Virus record (IMG/VR): IMGVR_UViG_3300031825_000353
Strand: one strand, 5' to 3'
DNA length: 64,000 nucleotides
Origin: a virus
In this document: positions 18,379 to 27,332 of the stretch, in pieces
How positions within the stretch are numbered: position 1 is the first letter of the stretch
Layout: each line of letters starts with the position of its first letter
Notes under the pieces: model-generated
Database searches by the model: none
The model's input: the letters and a program-made list of their open reading frames with translations, nothing else
Told to the model about the DNA's origin: nothing
Position numbers and translations under genes: made by a program

Positions 18379-19788
18379 TCACCGACCTTTCTGGAGGATG
18401 CGGCCGTTGGCAGCGGCGGTCACGGCGGCCTCGTTGGCCTCGACAAAGGCCTCGTAGGTTCCGTAGAGGTTGCGGAGGTTGGCGTTGGAGTCCCAGCGGG
18501 CCTTGAGGTTGCCCTGGCTGTTGGCGTCGGCTTCGGCCTGGACGCGGGCGGCGTCGGCTTCGGCAGCCGCGGCATCGCCGGAGGGGGGGAGGACGGGGGC
18601 GCCCTTGGAGGCGTCGGTGGCGTTGGCATGGGCGGCCGAGAGGTCGGCCTTCTGCTTCGCCAGGACGGCGATGGCGGCCTCGCCGGGGGTGGTCTTGCCA
18701 TCCAGGGCAAGGGACGTGGCGAGGGCTTCGTAGCCGAGGATGGAAGCGTCGAGGCAACCCTTGACGCGGGCCAACTCGGCCGCGGCGCCAGAGACGGCGC
18801 CCTCGGCCTTCCCTTCCGCCTGGAGGGCGTTGAGCAGATCCGGCGCTTCGGCGGCCAGCTGCTCGCGGGTGATGGGCATGATGTTCTCCTGAGTGGAGTT
18901 GGTTTCGGGGGAATCCGAGAGCGCACCGGCTCCGGTGGTGGGCTTCCAGGCCTTGCGGTCCTGGTTCAGCTGGGCGATGAGATTGGCCATGGAGGAAACA
19001 CCGTCCACCAAGCCGGCCTCAACGGCCTGCTGCCCCAGGAACACGCGGCCATCGGCCATTTGCGCCAGGACCGTGTCCACCGACACGCCCCGGAATTTCG
19101 CGATGGAATCGACGAACACGGTGTAGATGTGATCGAGCTGGGCCTTGATGTAGTCAGTCCCCTCCTGGGTGAGGGGTGCGAACTGGCTGGCGATCCGCTT
19201 GTACTTGCCGCTGGTCAGTTCGGTGGTCTTCCGACCCTGCTGGGCCTCGGCTGCGGAGATGTCGGTGTGGGCGGTGACCACGCCGATGCTGCCCACCTCG
19301 GTGGTGTCGCTGGTGATGTAGACCTTCTCGGCGGCGGCGCCGACCCAGTAGGCCGCGCTGCACATGCAGCCATCTCCCAGGGCCACGACGGGCTTCTGCT
19401 GGCGGGCGGCGAAGACCGCGTCGGCCAGTTCCTGGGTGCCATCCACCATCCCCCCGGGGCTGTCGATCCAGAGCAGGACGGAATGGGCCTGGCGGTCCTC
19501 CAGAGCGGCGCGGAGGTCCTGCTGGGTCAGCACGCTGGAAGTCATCCCGCAGAGGCGGTTCCACATGCTGTCGACCTTGGTGATGATCCCCTGGATGGAG
19601 ATCACCGCCACGCCATCCACCAACTGGTAGGGCTGGCGCTCAGCGCCGGCCGGGCGGCCGGTGGCGGCCTCCCAAGCCTTCAGGTCCAGCTTCTCGCGGC
19701 GGGTGTGGGCGAAGTAGAGCTCACGCAGCTCATGCACCCGGCCGCCGGCCATGGCCCACATGCCGTTGACGATGTCGAGCAGGCGCAT
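18379..19788 (-). CDS. S49 (gpC-like) prohead protease fused to scaffold; nested scaffold start at 18879
   Basis: IDSPGG, CSAAYW, VGSIGV motifs; in-frame ATG (MPITREQL) with RBS CAGGAG. Confidence 0.92.
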   Translation of the reverse strand: MRLLDIVNGMWAMAGGRVHELRELYFAHTRREKLDLKAWEAATGRPAGAERQPYQLVDGVAVISIQGIITKVDSMWNRLCGMTSSVLTQQDLRAALEDRQAHSVLLWIDSPGGMVDGTQELADAVFAARQQKPVVALGDGCMCSAAYWVGAAAEKVYITSDTTEVGSIGVVTAHTDISAAEAQQGRKTTELTSGKYKRIASQFAPLTQEGTDYIKAQLDHIYTVFVDSIAKFRGVSVDTVLAQMADGRVFLGQQAVEAGLVDGVSSMANLIAQLNQDRKAWKPTTGAGALSDSPETNSTQENIMPITREQLAAEAPDLLNALQAEGKAEGAVSGAAAELARVKGCLDASILGYEALATSLALDGKTTPGEAAIAVLAKQKADLSAAHANATDASKGAPVLPPSGDAAAAEADAARVQAEADANSQGNLKARWDSNANLRNLYGTYEAFVEANEAAVTAAANGRILQKGR

Positions 19789-21452
19789 CAGGGGTTCCCT
19801 CCGGAGGTGTCCTCGGTGTCGCCATCGGGGGCAGGTTTGGCTGGGGCAGCGGGCTTGGCGGTGGGATCGGCGTTGGCGAAGGGCTCGGGCTTCAGGTCCG
19901 TGATCAGACCGTCGGCCTTGCGCATCCGGACCTCGCGGGCCAGGCGCTCGTGGTTGGACTCGAAGTCGCCACCTGTCAGGCGCATCGTCTGTTCGGCGTG
20001 GGTGGTCAAGCCGTAGTCGAGCAGATCCTTGGCGAACTGGGCCTCGCGGGCGGGATCGAGGATGGGCGGCGCGTCGCCGACCCAGCGGGCGTTGCAGTAG
20101 GCAGCCCGCAACATGGGGTTGGCGAAGTACCCAGGCGCCTTCACCTTGCCGGAGGACACGGCCTCATCCATCCAGGCTTCGAACAGGGGCTGGCAGAAAT
20201 CGGGTGCGAGCAGGTTCTCCCTCTCCATGTTCACGAACTTCCACCACTGGAGGAGGGCGCCCTTGGCGGCGGTGTAGCTGCTGCTGAACTTCTTGAGGAG
20301 CACCTCGGGGGGCATGCCGATCCGCATGGACAGCTGGCCGATGAGGCTCTGCCAGAAGGGATCGAAGGCCCCGTTGGGGCGGTTCGGCATCACATTCTGG
20401 ATTTCCTCACCGGGGTTCAGCTCGGCGACGGTGGCCGGGCCCCATTCGGTGACAGGCTTGCCCTCGGTATCCTTGGTGACGGATCCACCGAGGGGGCCCT
20501 TGCCGGAGCCCGGGGCCTTCTTGATCACCACGGCGATGAAGCTGCTGACGACGGATGCCGCCAGTTCGTTCTCGGTGAGCTGGGAGAGCGACTTCAGGGT
20601 CTTGATGATCGGCGCGAGGAGGGGATAGCCGCGGCGAAGATCGAGGCGGGATTCGTGCATCAAGGGCAGCACGAGGCGCCGGCCATCAGCACCCCAGGCT
20701 TCCACTGGAATGAAGTCGGCCTTGCCGGGCCGCGACTTCAGCAGGCTGGGGTGCTGCTTGGAGAACCAGAACTTAACGTACCCCCCATCGCCATCCATCT
20801 CCACACCCTGGGAGAAGAGGTCGGTCTCGGCCATGTCCGTGGGGGTCATGAGCCGGTCGCCCTCCATGATCTGGAACTTGGTGAACCAGGAGGTGCCGGG
20901 ATGGCGCTTGCGCGGAAGCAGGGTATAGGCATCACCGCGGCTGGCCACGGTGCGGTAGGCCACGGCCTGGCCCTGGTAGAAGTTGCGGCGGCGCGAGATG
21001 TCGCACTCGCGGGCGTCCCCGGCCCAGAGGTTGAAGAAGGTCTTCAGTTCCTCGGCCCACTCCACGGCCTGGTCCTGGGACCAGCCGAGGATCTTGCGGT
21101 TGGGCTCGGGATGCAGGCTGAGGCCCGTGCCCACAACGCTGAGCACCGCCTCGGCCACGGCCCCGCCGGCCACGGCGTCGTTGCGTTCGAGATCTGTGGC
21201 ACGGGAGAGGAGAAAGGCGCGGTCGTAGCGCTGCTCGTCATCCGGGGATCCGGTCTGGGGGTTCCAGTTCTTGAACTCGGGAAGGTCCCGGCGGGCGCCG
21301 GTCCAGGCTTGTCCACCCAGGACAGCCATGCTGGCCCGCGCCTCCAGGCGCCCAAGGCCCCAGCCGGGGAGGTGGCGGGCGATGAAGCGGTCCATGCGCG
21401 TGGGGGCGATCCCCGCTCGAAGATCATCGAGCGTCTGCCGGGCGCGACTCAA
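19788..21452 (-). CDS. Portal protein, lambda family
   Basis: DLERND..A.GAV, LHPEP, RGYPLLAP, YTAAKGALL, ILDPAREA motifs. Confidence 0.93.
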   Translation of the reverse strand: MSRARQTLDDLRAGIAPTRMDRFIARHLPGWGLGRLEARASMAVLGGQAWTGARRDLPEFKNWNPQTGSPDDEQRYDRAFLLSRATDLERNDAVAGGAVAEAVLSVVGTGLSLHPEPNRKILGWSQDQAVEWAEELKTFFNLWAGDARECDISRRRNFYQGQAVAYRTVASRGDAYTLLPRKRHPGTSWFTKFQIMEGDRLMTPTDMAETDLFSQGVEMDGDGGYVKFWFSKQHPSLLKSRPGKADFIPVEAWGADGRRLVLPLMHESRLDLRRGYPLLAPIIKTLKSLSQLTENELAASVVSSFIAVVIKKAPGSGKGPLGGSVTKDTEGKPVTEWGPATVAELNPGEEIQNVMPNRPNGAFDPFWQSLIGQLSMRIGMPPEVLLKKFSSSYTAAKGALLQWWKFVNMERENLLAPDFCQPLFEAWMDEAVSSGKVKAPGYFANPMLRAAYCNARWVGDAPPILDPAREAQFAKDLLDYGLTTHAEQTMRLTGGDFESNHERLAREVRMRKADGLITDLKPEPFANADPTAKPAAPAKPAPDGDTEDTSGGNP

Positions 21453-21673
21453 CGGGGGCTCACTGTGATGAGGCGGCTACTTCCATCCCCGGAGTTGGTC
21501 AGATCGGCGATCTCGGCCTGCAGATCCTTGATGGCGGAGCGAACCTCAGAGAGCTCGGCGTCCCGGCGGCGGCGGCCCGCTACGCTGCCTTCCTGGCCGG
21601 CCGAGAGGATCGCCAGCTCGCGGGCGAGGTAGGCATCCAATCGGGACTGGGCGGTTTCGAGGTCCGTCGGCAT
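21449..21673 (-). CDS. Head completion protein (gpW-like)
   Basis: 74 aa, LDAYLARE.AILSAGQE...ADLSEVR pattern, between TerL and portal. Confidence 0.78.
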   Translation of the reverse strand: MPTDLETAQSRLDAYLARELAILSAGQEGSVAGRRRRDAELSEVRSAIKDLQAEIADLTNSGDGSSRLITVSPR

Positions 21674-21702
21674 GAACCCAAGGTCGCCCGAGGGTCAGAG
21701 TC

Positions 21703-21728
21703 GCGGTGTACTGTTTGGCGCGATTAAC
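21703..21728 (-). promoter_or_regulatory. 26-bp putative late promoter/activator site, copy 2 (upstream of gpW-portal-head-tail genes)
   Basis: GTTAATCGCGCCAAACAGTACACCGC, 23/26 identical to 3783..3808. Confidence 0.65.
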
Positions 21729-21749
21729 TTGCGGAGGGTCTGGAAGGCC

Positions 21750-23678
21750 CTAGCCGTGGATGCCCCGGTTGAGGATCCGGCGGCCTCCGGGCTGGTCGTA
21801 GGAGACCCGGTCCACCGCCTGGCTGGCCCTGGCGGCCAGGGCCTCCAGCTCAGCGCGGCCATCCGGGCCGCCGAGGTGGGGGGCGAGGATCTTGGTGATG
21901 GCCCACCAGCTGCTGTAGGCGTAGCTCCAGAGATCGAGAGCCTCGTTGCGATCTCGGGTCTGGACCCAGCGGAATGAGGTCTTGCGGGTCTTGGCGTCTG
22001 TGACGGGCATGCGCTTCTCGGAGCCGAGCTGTTCGTGGTACTCATGGCTGGCCCAGGCTGGAATGTGGATGGACTTCGGGGCGTTCGATTCCAGAGCTAT
22101 CCGGCTGAAGAAGACGCGCTTGGTGTCATCGGTGCTGGTATTAAAGACGCGCTGGGTGTGCTTCCGGCTGCTGGATTCTTCACACCAGCCCTTCGACGCG
22201 AGAGTTTCGACGCCCATCTGAGGGAAGACCCAGCGCTCGTGCCGGGGCGCACAGAAGTTGTAGACGGCATCGCGGGTGTTGCCGTCGCGGCCGTCGATGA
22301 AGACGATGTGAGCCGTCATCTGAGCGCCGTTCTGATGTCTCCAGCCCTGGAGCAGCCAGGCATCCAGGTCTTCCCACACCTCCGGGGTTTGGGGGTTGCC
22401 GGTGAAGACCTGGAAGTCGATGAGGTAGGCGCGCTCATCGGGGGCGAAGCCGACGGCCTGGGCCTCCAGACGCCCCTGGGCCGCGGTCTGCACGTCGACC
22501 TGGACGGAGATGATGGCCACGCCATCGGGCACCACACCCTTGGGCCGGTCCTCCTTCTCGGCCCGGGCCCTGGTCTCATCGGGCTCCACGGACTCTCCGG
22601 GAGCGCTGTAGGTTTCGGCGAGGTTGAGGTTGATGAAGGCCTTGAGCTCCAGCTGGTCGCCCTGGGCATCCACCCACTCCTGCGCCAGCTTCGCCCAGTG
22701 GCCGCTGAACATGGCGTAGAGGCCGTTGGCGTGATAGCCCTTCACGGCGGTGACGCCGGGGCGGCGGTGCTTCCAGTGCCCGGCCTCCATCATGGGCACC
22801 TTCCAGCGCTCCTCGATCTTGTGGCCGCACCGGAGGCAGGACCAGTAGACGCTATCAGGGAGCACCTGGTTGTCCTTGTCCTTCTCGTAGCGCAGCAGGT
22901 ACTCGGTGGGGTTGGTGGGATTCCGCCAGAGGAAGGGCTCCATGGCGTTGCAGTTCGGGCAAGGGTTGAGGTAGATGCCCTGGGAACTGCGGTTGTAGGC
23001 CTTCTCGATGCGGGAAACGCCGCTCGGCATGGCCGGGGTGCTTCCGATAAGGAGGCGGGCATCAAAGAACTCGTCCATGCGGCGCCGGATGATCTTGTCG
23101 GGGTCGCCTTCGTCCGAGACATCGTTCTTGTACCCGTCGGCCTCGTCCTCGATGCCGAAGCGGCTGCGGATGGACCGCAGTTCGCGGGGGTTCCCCGCGC
23201 TGAGGACGGAAATCGAGGCGCCGTTGCTGAATCGCTTGTTGCGCGTGGTGCTGCCAGAGCCTTTCGAGGTGCTGACCCGGAGCAGCCGCATGAGCTCGGG
23301 TGTGGATTCGATCATCTCCTCGAGTCGATCCTTGGCGTACTGCTCGGCGGTATCGCGTGAGGGCAGGGCCATGATCATGGCCATGCCGTGAAGGCTGATG
23401 CCCCAGCCGATGGCGTTGTTGCAGATCTCGGACCACCCCAGGCGGGTGGCCTTCATGAACACCACTTCGCGGACATCGGGGTCGCAGCAGCTGGCCTGGA
23501 TCTCCCGTTGGATGGGGTCGGCCACCCATTGCCCAGGACGGCCGGAGGCGGAGGGGAGGACGCGGTGCGCGGATGCCCATTGCTCGATGCTGATGTCGGC
23601 CGGCGGCGCCCAGCGGCGGCGGAGGCGATCCTGGGCGGCGTCGAGTTCGGCGAGGGCGGTGGGGTGGGAGGAGATCAT
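21750..23678 (-). CDS. terL: Terminase large subunit, GpA family
   Basis: VVFMKATRLGWSE (Walker A variant), IEDEADGY (Walker B), GSTP, RNEALDL. Confidence 0.95.
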   Translation of the reverse strand: MISSHPTALAELDAAQDRLRRRWAPPADISIEQWASAHRVLPSASGRPGQWVADPIQREIQASCCDPDVREVVFMKATRLGWSEICNNAIGWGISLHGMAMIMALPSRDTAEQYAKDRLEEMIESTPELMRLLRVSTSKGSGSTTRNKRFSNGASISVLSAGNPRELRSIRSRFGIEDEADGYKNDVSDEGDPDKIIRRRMDEFFDARLLIGSTPAMPSGVSRIEKAYNRSSQGIYLNPCPNCNAMEPFLWRNPTNPTEYLLRYEKDKDNQVLPDSVYWSCLRCGHKIEERWKVPMMEAGHWKHRRPGVTAVKGYHANGLYAMFSGHWAKLAQEWVDAQGDQLELKAFINLNLAETYSAPGESVEPDETRARAEKEDRPKGVVPDGVAIISVQVDVQTAAQGRLEAQAVGFAPDERAYLIDFQVFTGNPQTPEVWEDLDAWLLQGWRHQNGAQMTAHIVFIDGRDGNTRDAVYNFCAPRHERWVFPQMGVETLASKGWCEESSSRKHTQRVFNTSTDDTKRVFFSRIALESNAPKSIHIPAWASHEYHEQLGSEKRMPVTDAKTRKTSFRWVQTRDRNEALDLWSYAYSSWWAITKILAPHLGGPDGRAELEALAARASQAVDRVSYDQPGGRRILNRGIHG

Positions 23679-24115
23679 GCCGAGGCCTCTTCTTGGGCCA
23701 GGCCGCGCAGGGCCCGGCGGATCTCTGCCCCTACCTTCCCCGCCGCGTCTGGGCCGATGGTGGGCCGTAGGCGAGCCTCCAGCGCCAGGAGCTCATGGCG
23801 CGCGGGGTTGATGATGGCGGTCATGGCCTGCTCGTAGTCGGCCACGGTGAGGATCTGCTTCCGCTTCTCGGCGAGTTCCAGCTCGGCGATCTCCGCTTTG
23901 GCGGTGTCGTAGCGCTCGCGGCCGGTGATCTGGCCATCTCCCCGGGTGGTGCCCGCGGACAGTTTCTCCTGAAGGAACTTCACGTACCAGCGCAGGCAGT
24001 CCAGCTCGTCGTAGTCGCCCCGCTTGACCTTGGGGAATCCGGCCTCTTTCGCAAGCTGCTGGACCCGCCTGGGGGTGAGGCCGAAGCTGTCTGCAATTCT
24101 TTGAATTCCCGCCAT
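23675..24115 (-). CDS. terS: Terminase small subunit, Nu1-like wHTH
   Basis: IADSFGLTPRRVQQLAKE...YDELDCLRWY; AELELAEKRKQIL. Confidence 0.88.
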   Translation of the reverse strand: MAGIQRIADSFGLTPRRVQQLAKEAGFPKVKRGDYDELDCLRWYVKFLQEKLSAGTTRGDGQITGRERYDTAKAEIAELELAEKRKQILTVADYEQAMTAIINPARHELLALEARLRPTIGPDAAGKVGAEIRRALRGLAQEEASA

Positions 24116-24244
24116 GTTGCGCTCGATCCTTGGGGTCTGGCAGTTATTAAAGCAAGGGTGCTTATACTGCTATTGCAATAAGCAGATACTGGCCTTCGAA
24201 TGGCAAAGCGAAATGGGGTCCCAGAGACCTACGCACTGACCCAT

Positions 24245-24290
24245 ACGCGGTCCGAATTACCCGCAGGGGCACCCCCCCGGGGAAGGACCC
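24245..24290 (-). other. Putative cos packaging site
   Basis: Minus strand GGGTCCT (matches lambda cosQ heptamer), then G-rich stretch and GCGGGTAATTCGG, about 130-175 bp upstream of terS. Confidence 0.62.
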
Positions 24291-24464
24291 ATCGATGCAC
24301 CTTGCAACATTTGCATGTCCAAGTGTGGCAATATTTACACGCTGACGCGCCGGGGCATCCACTCCGATGTGACGCGATGCGGCATAGAATCGAGCATGTG
24401 ACCTTCTCGATTTCTTCTGAAGCACTACCACGGTTAATTGGCCGATGCAGCAGGGGCGCATGTT

Positions 24465-25550
24465 TCAGTCCTCCCCTGCCGCACTTTTGCGGCCAGCCCA
24501 CCCGGTCTTCCGCGCCACCCGCTTCTGCGCTTCGGCTATCCGCCCAAGATCCCAGCCCAGGTAGACAGCGGTGGTGCGGATGTCCTTCTGCTCGAGGGCC
24601 ATCTGGATGTCCTGGATGGTCGCCCCGTTCTCACTCAGCCAGGTGGCGTAGGTGGCCCGAAGGCGGTGGGGCGTCATCCGAGGGACACCCACCGCCTTAC
24701 ATGCGGCATCGAAGACTCGGCGGATCCGCCCCGGCGTCACGGGCTTTCCCTTGAGGGTCGGGGCCATCCAGCCGTAGGGCTTGGCCTTCGCCCTCAATCG
24801 GTCCATGAGCCAGGACGGGACAGGACGAGGCACGGCATCCCCCCCCTTCGTTCCTCCGGGGGTGTAGGTCTCGCGTTCCAGGTCGAGCCATTCCCACCGT
24901 GACCGCTGGGCCTCGCCCCCTCGCAGGCCGATGCCGATCTCCAGGGCCAATACCATGCCCAGACCCGGGTCGTGCTCGGTCAGGGCATCTACCTCATCCA
25001 GCCACTCGTCAGCCTTGTCCGTCGGGATGAGGGGCTTGGGCTTCCGCTTCAGCTTGCTCTCTGCCACGTTGAAGGGCATGGCCCGGATCATGTTGCGGCT
25101 GATGGCCCAGCGGCACACGATCCGGATGTAGGTGAGCCACTGGTTCCCGGTCGAAAGGGCGTGGGTCTGAAGGAACACAGCCAGCTCGTCCTCGACCTTC
25201 GGGGTGGTGACCTGGGTCAGTAGCAGATCGCCGAGGCTCCCGAGGTGCAGGCGCCCGCAGCGCTCCATGTTTTCCAGGTGGCTCTTGCTCTTGCGAAGGA
25301 TGTGCAGGGGATGGTTGACCCACTGGACGAAGGCGGCCCGCAGTGTGGGCTCCGGCTCCTCACCCCTCGACCGCATCAGCGCCTTCTGGTGGATGTCCAG
25401 CGCCACCCGCTCAGCTTTGGCCGTGTTCCGCAGTGGCTCCTTGGTCGTCCGTGTCCGCCGCTTGTTGGCGATCTGAAACTCGCAATGCCAGGTCCCCCCC
25501 CTGGGGACCATCGTCACGGGCCCGCACCGGTAGCGCCGCTCGGTCACCAC
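24465..25550 (-). CDS. Second tyrosine recombinase, atypical (LGH replaced by LEQ)
   Basis: GLRGGE (R), TKG (K), HRLR, TTAVY (Y); GTG start coupled to upstream stop. Confidence 0.88.
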   Translation of the reverse strand: MVTERRYRCGPVTMVPRGGTWHCEFQIANKRRTRTTKEPLRNTAKAERVALDIHQKALMRSRGEEPEPTLRAAFVQWVNHPLHILRKSKSHLENMERCGRLHLGSLGDLLLTQVTTPKVEDELAVFLQTHALSTGNQWLTYIRIVCRWAISRNMIRAMPFNVAESKLKRKPKPLIPTDKADEWLDEVDALTEHDPGLGMVLALEIGIGLRGGEAQRSRWEWLDLERETYTPGGTKGGDAVPRPVPSWLMDRLRAKAKPYGWMAPTLKGKPVTPGRIRRVFDAACKAVGVPRMTPHRLRATYATWLSENGATIQDIQMALEQKDIRTTAVYLGWDLGRIAEAQKRVARKTGWAGRKSAAGED

Positions 25551-26329
25551 AGCTTCACCTTTTGGAGCATGGTCCAAAGCGCGTCCCGGAAGTGGCCCTC
25601 GAACACCTGGTTGAAGGTGGCCTCGATGGTCCCCTTGAAGTCGAGCACCTTGGAATACCTGGCTCGTTTCGGCACGAACTTGAAGAGCTGGGCCACCCCC
25701 CGTTTGCCCTTGCGGGTGTAGATGCCCAGCGGCGTCTTGGTCTTGATCGACCAGAGCACGAAGTAATCGCGCTGGGTCTTCGCTCGGCGCTTGTCCCGGG
25801 CTGGGTTCCGGCCGGTGCGGCCATCCGTCCTCCGGTTCTCGGTGGAGCCTTGATCGCGGAGGGCCCTCATGGCCGAGAGCACCTGCACATAGGTACCGCC
25901 CGGGATGTTCCCGTAGGCGTTCAGCTTCGCGTCGTCCCCGGGCTCCATCTGCCACCCTGGGGGGAGGATGCCCTTGGCGCGGAGCAGCATCTCGCTCTTC
26001 TTATTCGCACGGTAGCCACCCTGGGTCAGGGCCTTCAGGTATTCACTCGGCTCCACGACCTTGCCGCGAGTTTGCCAATTCCAATCCGCACCCTTCACGA
26101 AGACATCGTATTCCTGACGATTCTTCGTCGCCGCCTGGTAGCGGGTCGCATGCTGGGTCTGCGGCGTGGGTCGGTCGAGTTTGGAGCTCAGCACCTTGTC
26201 GAAGGCGTACTTGGCCGCCACGGCCGTCTTGGTCATGGCGGTGGCGATGGCGTATTTCAGGCCCTTGCCACCGCGAAGGTAGGTAAGCCTGGCCATCCAC
26301 TCTTTCGTGTGCCAGCCGAACTTGATCAT
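25544..26329 (-). CDS. Neck/tail-completion (gpZ/HK97 gp10-like) protein
   Basis: AIATAMTKTA...KLDRPTPQT and LNAYGNIPGG..QVLS motifs. Confidence 0.55.
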   Translation of the reverse strand: MIKFGWHTKEWMARLTYLRGGKGLKYAIATAMTKTAVAAKYAFDKVLSSKLDRPTPQTQHATRYQAATKNRQEYDVFVKGADWNWQTRGKVVEPSEYLKALTQGGYRANKKSEMLLRAKGILPPGWQMEPGDDAKLNAYGNIPGGTYVQVLSAMRALRDQGSTENRRTDGRTGRNPARDKRRAKTQRDYFVLWSIKTKTPLGIYTRKGKRGVAQLFKFVPKRARYSKVLDFKGTIEATFNQVFEGHFRDALWTMLQKVKLW

Positions 26330-26694
26330 CCGAGCCCTCCCCCGGCCCGCCGGACGAGCTGCTGGACCCGGGCCTTGCGTCGACTGGTGAACCAGAGCGC
26401 GCGGAGGCGGCTGACCGAGACTCCCACCTCGATGGACACCGCCCGGAAGACCGCCTCCCGCGGGAGATCCGGGTGGAGCTGGGAGACGAACTCGCAGCGC
26501 CACTTCAATTCGTTGTCTTCGAGGTAGATCTCCATGGCCTCGGCGAAGGTTTCGAGAATCGTCTGCTTCAGGCGTTCGGCTTCGGCCGGATCGAGCAGCG
26601 GCCGGATCGCACCGCGGCGCACCGCCTGCCGGAGGTCGTGGGGGAGGTCCTCAGGGGTGACCCAGCCCTTCCAGTTGATGGGCGCCCTGCTCAA
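26326..26694 (-). CDS. Hypothetical protein with C-terminal HTH-like segment (candidate late regulator)
   Basis: REAVFRAVSIEVGVSVSRLRALW; position after replication genes. Confidence 0.45.
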   Translation of the reverse strand: MSRAPINWKGWVTPEDLPHDLRQAVRRGAIRPLLDPAEAERLKQTILETFAEAMEIYLEDNELKWRCEFVSQLHPDLPREAVFRAVSIEVGVSVSRLRALWFTSRRKARVQQLVRRAGGGLG

Positions 26695-27332
26695 GCCTCA
26701 CCCCCAGCCGCGGCCTTCAGGTCCAGGGGGCTGAGCCGCATGTCCTGGCCGCCCACATAGCTGGCCGGCCAGCTTCCGAGGATGCGGCTCTTGAGGGCCG
26801 GGTCGTAGAAGGCCTCCAGCGCTTCGGGCGTGACCAGGTTGCTGGTCCAGAGCACGGGGAACTTGCGGCGGTGGCGGGCGTCCAGCACCCTGGCCAGCAG
26901 CGGTCGCGCCGGGTCCTTCTCGCCCGAGGTGCGCTCGCGGCCCAGGTCGTCCAGCACCAGCAGCGGCACATCCTCGGCCCACTCCGCCCACTGGTTGAGC
27001 CAGACGGGCTCGAAGCGGCGCTCATGGATGCGCTCGGCTTGGTCGTGCCAGTTCACCCAGAGCAGGCGCCGGTCTCGGGCGATGAGCCCGTCGATCCAGC
27101 AGAGCGAGGCCCGCCAGGGGTCCGGCTGCGAGCGCACCGCGGCCTCCACCAGGCCCGCCACGTAGTGCGTCAGGGCCCAGGTCTTGCCGGTGCCGTTGGT
27201 GCCCACCAGGCCGAAGCCCCCAGGCCGCGCCGGCACCGCATGGCGCGCCGGGTGATCCAGCGCCTCCAGCTCCCGGGCCTCCAGTCCGGCCCTGGCCAGC
27301 AGCTCGCGGGTTCGTGCATGGAATGTGCTCAT
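26691..27332 (-). CDS. DnaC/IstB-like helicase loader ATPase
   Basis: Walker A GTNGTGKT, Walker B LLVLDDLG, PVLWTSNL. Confidence 0.88.
   Translation of the reverse strand: MSTFHARTRELLARAGLEARELEALDHPARHAVPARPGGFGLVGTNGTGKTWALTHYVAGLVEAAVRSQPDPWRASLCWIDGLIARDRRLLWVNWHDQAERIHERRFEPVWLNQWAEWAEDVPLLVLDDLGRERTSGEKDPARPLLARVLDARHRRKFPVLWTSNLVTPEALEAFYDPALKSRILGSWPASYVGGQDMRLSPLDLKAAAGGEA

Noticed and set aside
11511-20016. Long plus-strand ORFs (e.g. 11511..13142, 13173..14462, 16662..18065, 17839..20016, 19950..21632)
   Set aside because: Antisense shadows of GC3-rich minus-strand genes; no RBS, no recognisable motifs, Gly/Leu/Val-biased composition.
24465-25550. Calling the second recombinase a bona fide IntI
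   Set aside because: No IntI-specific insertion or motif seen; not adjacent to the array; kept only as a hypothesis.
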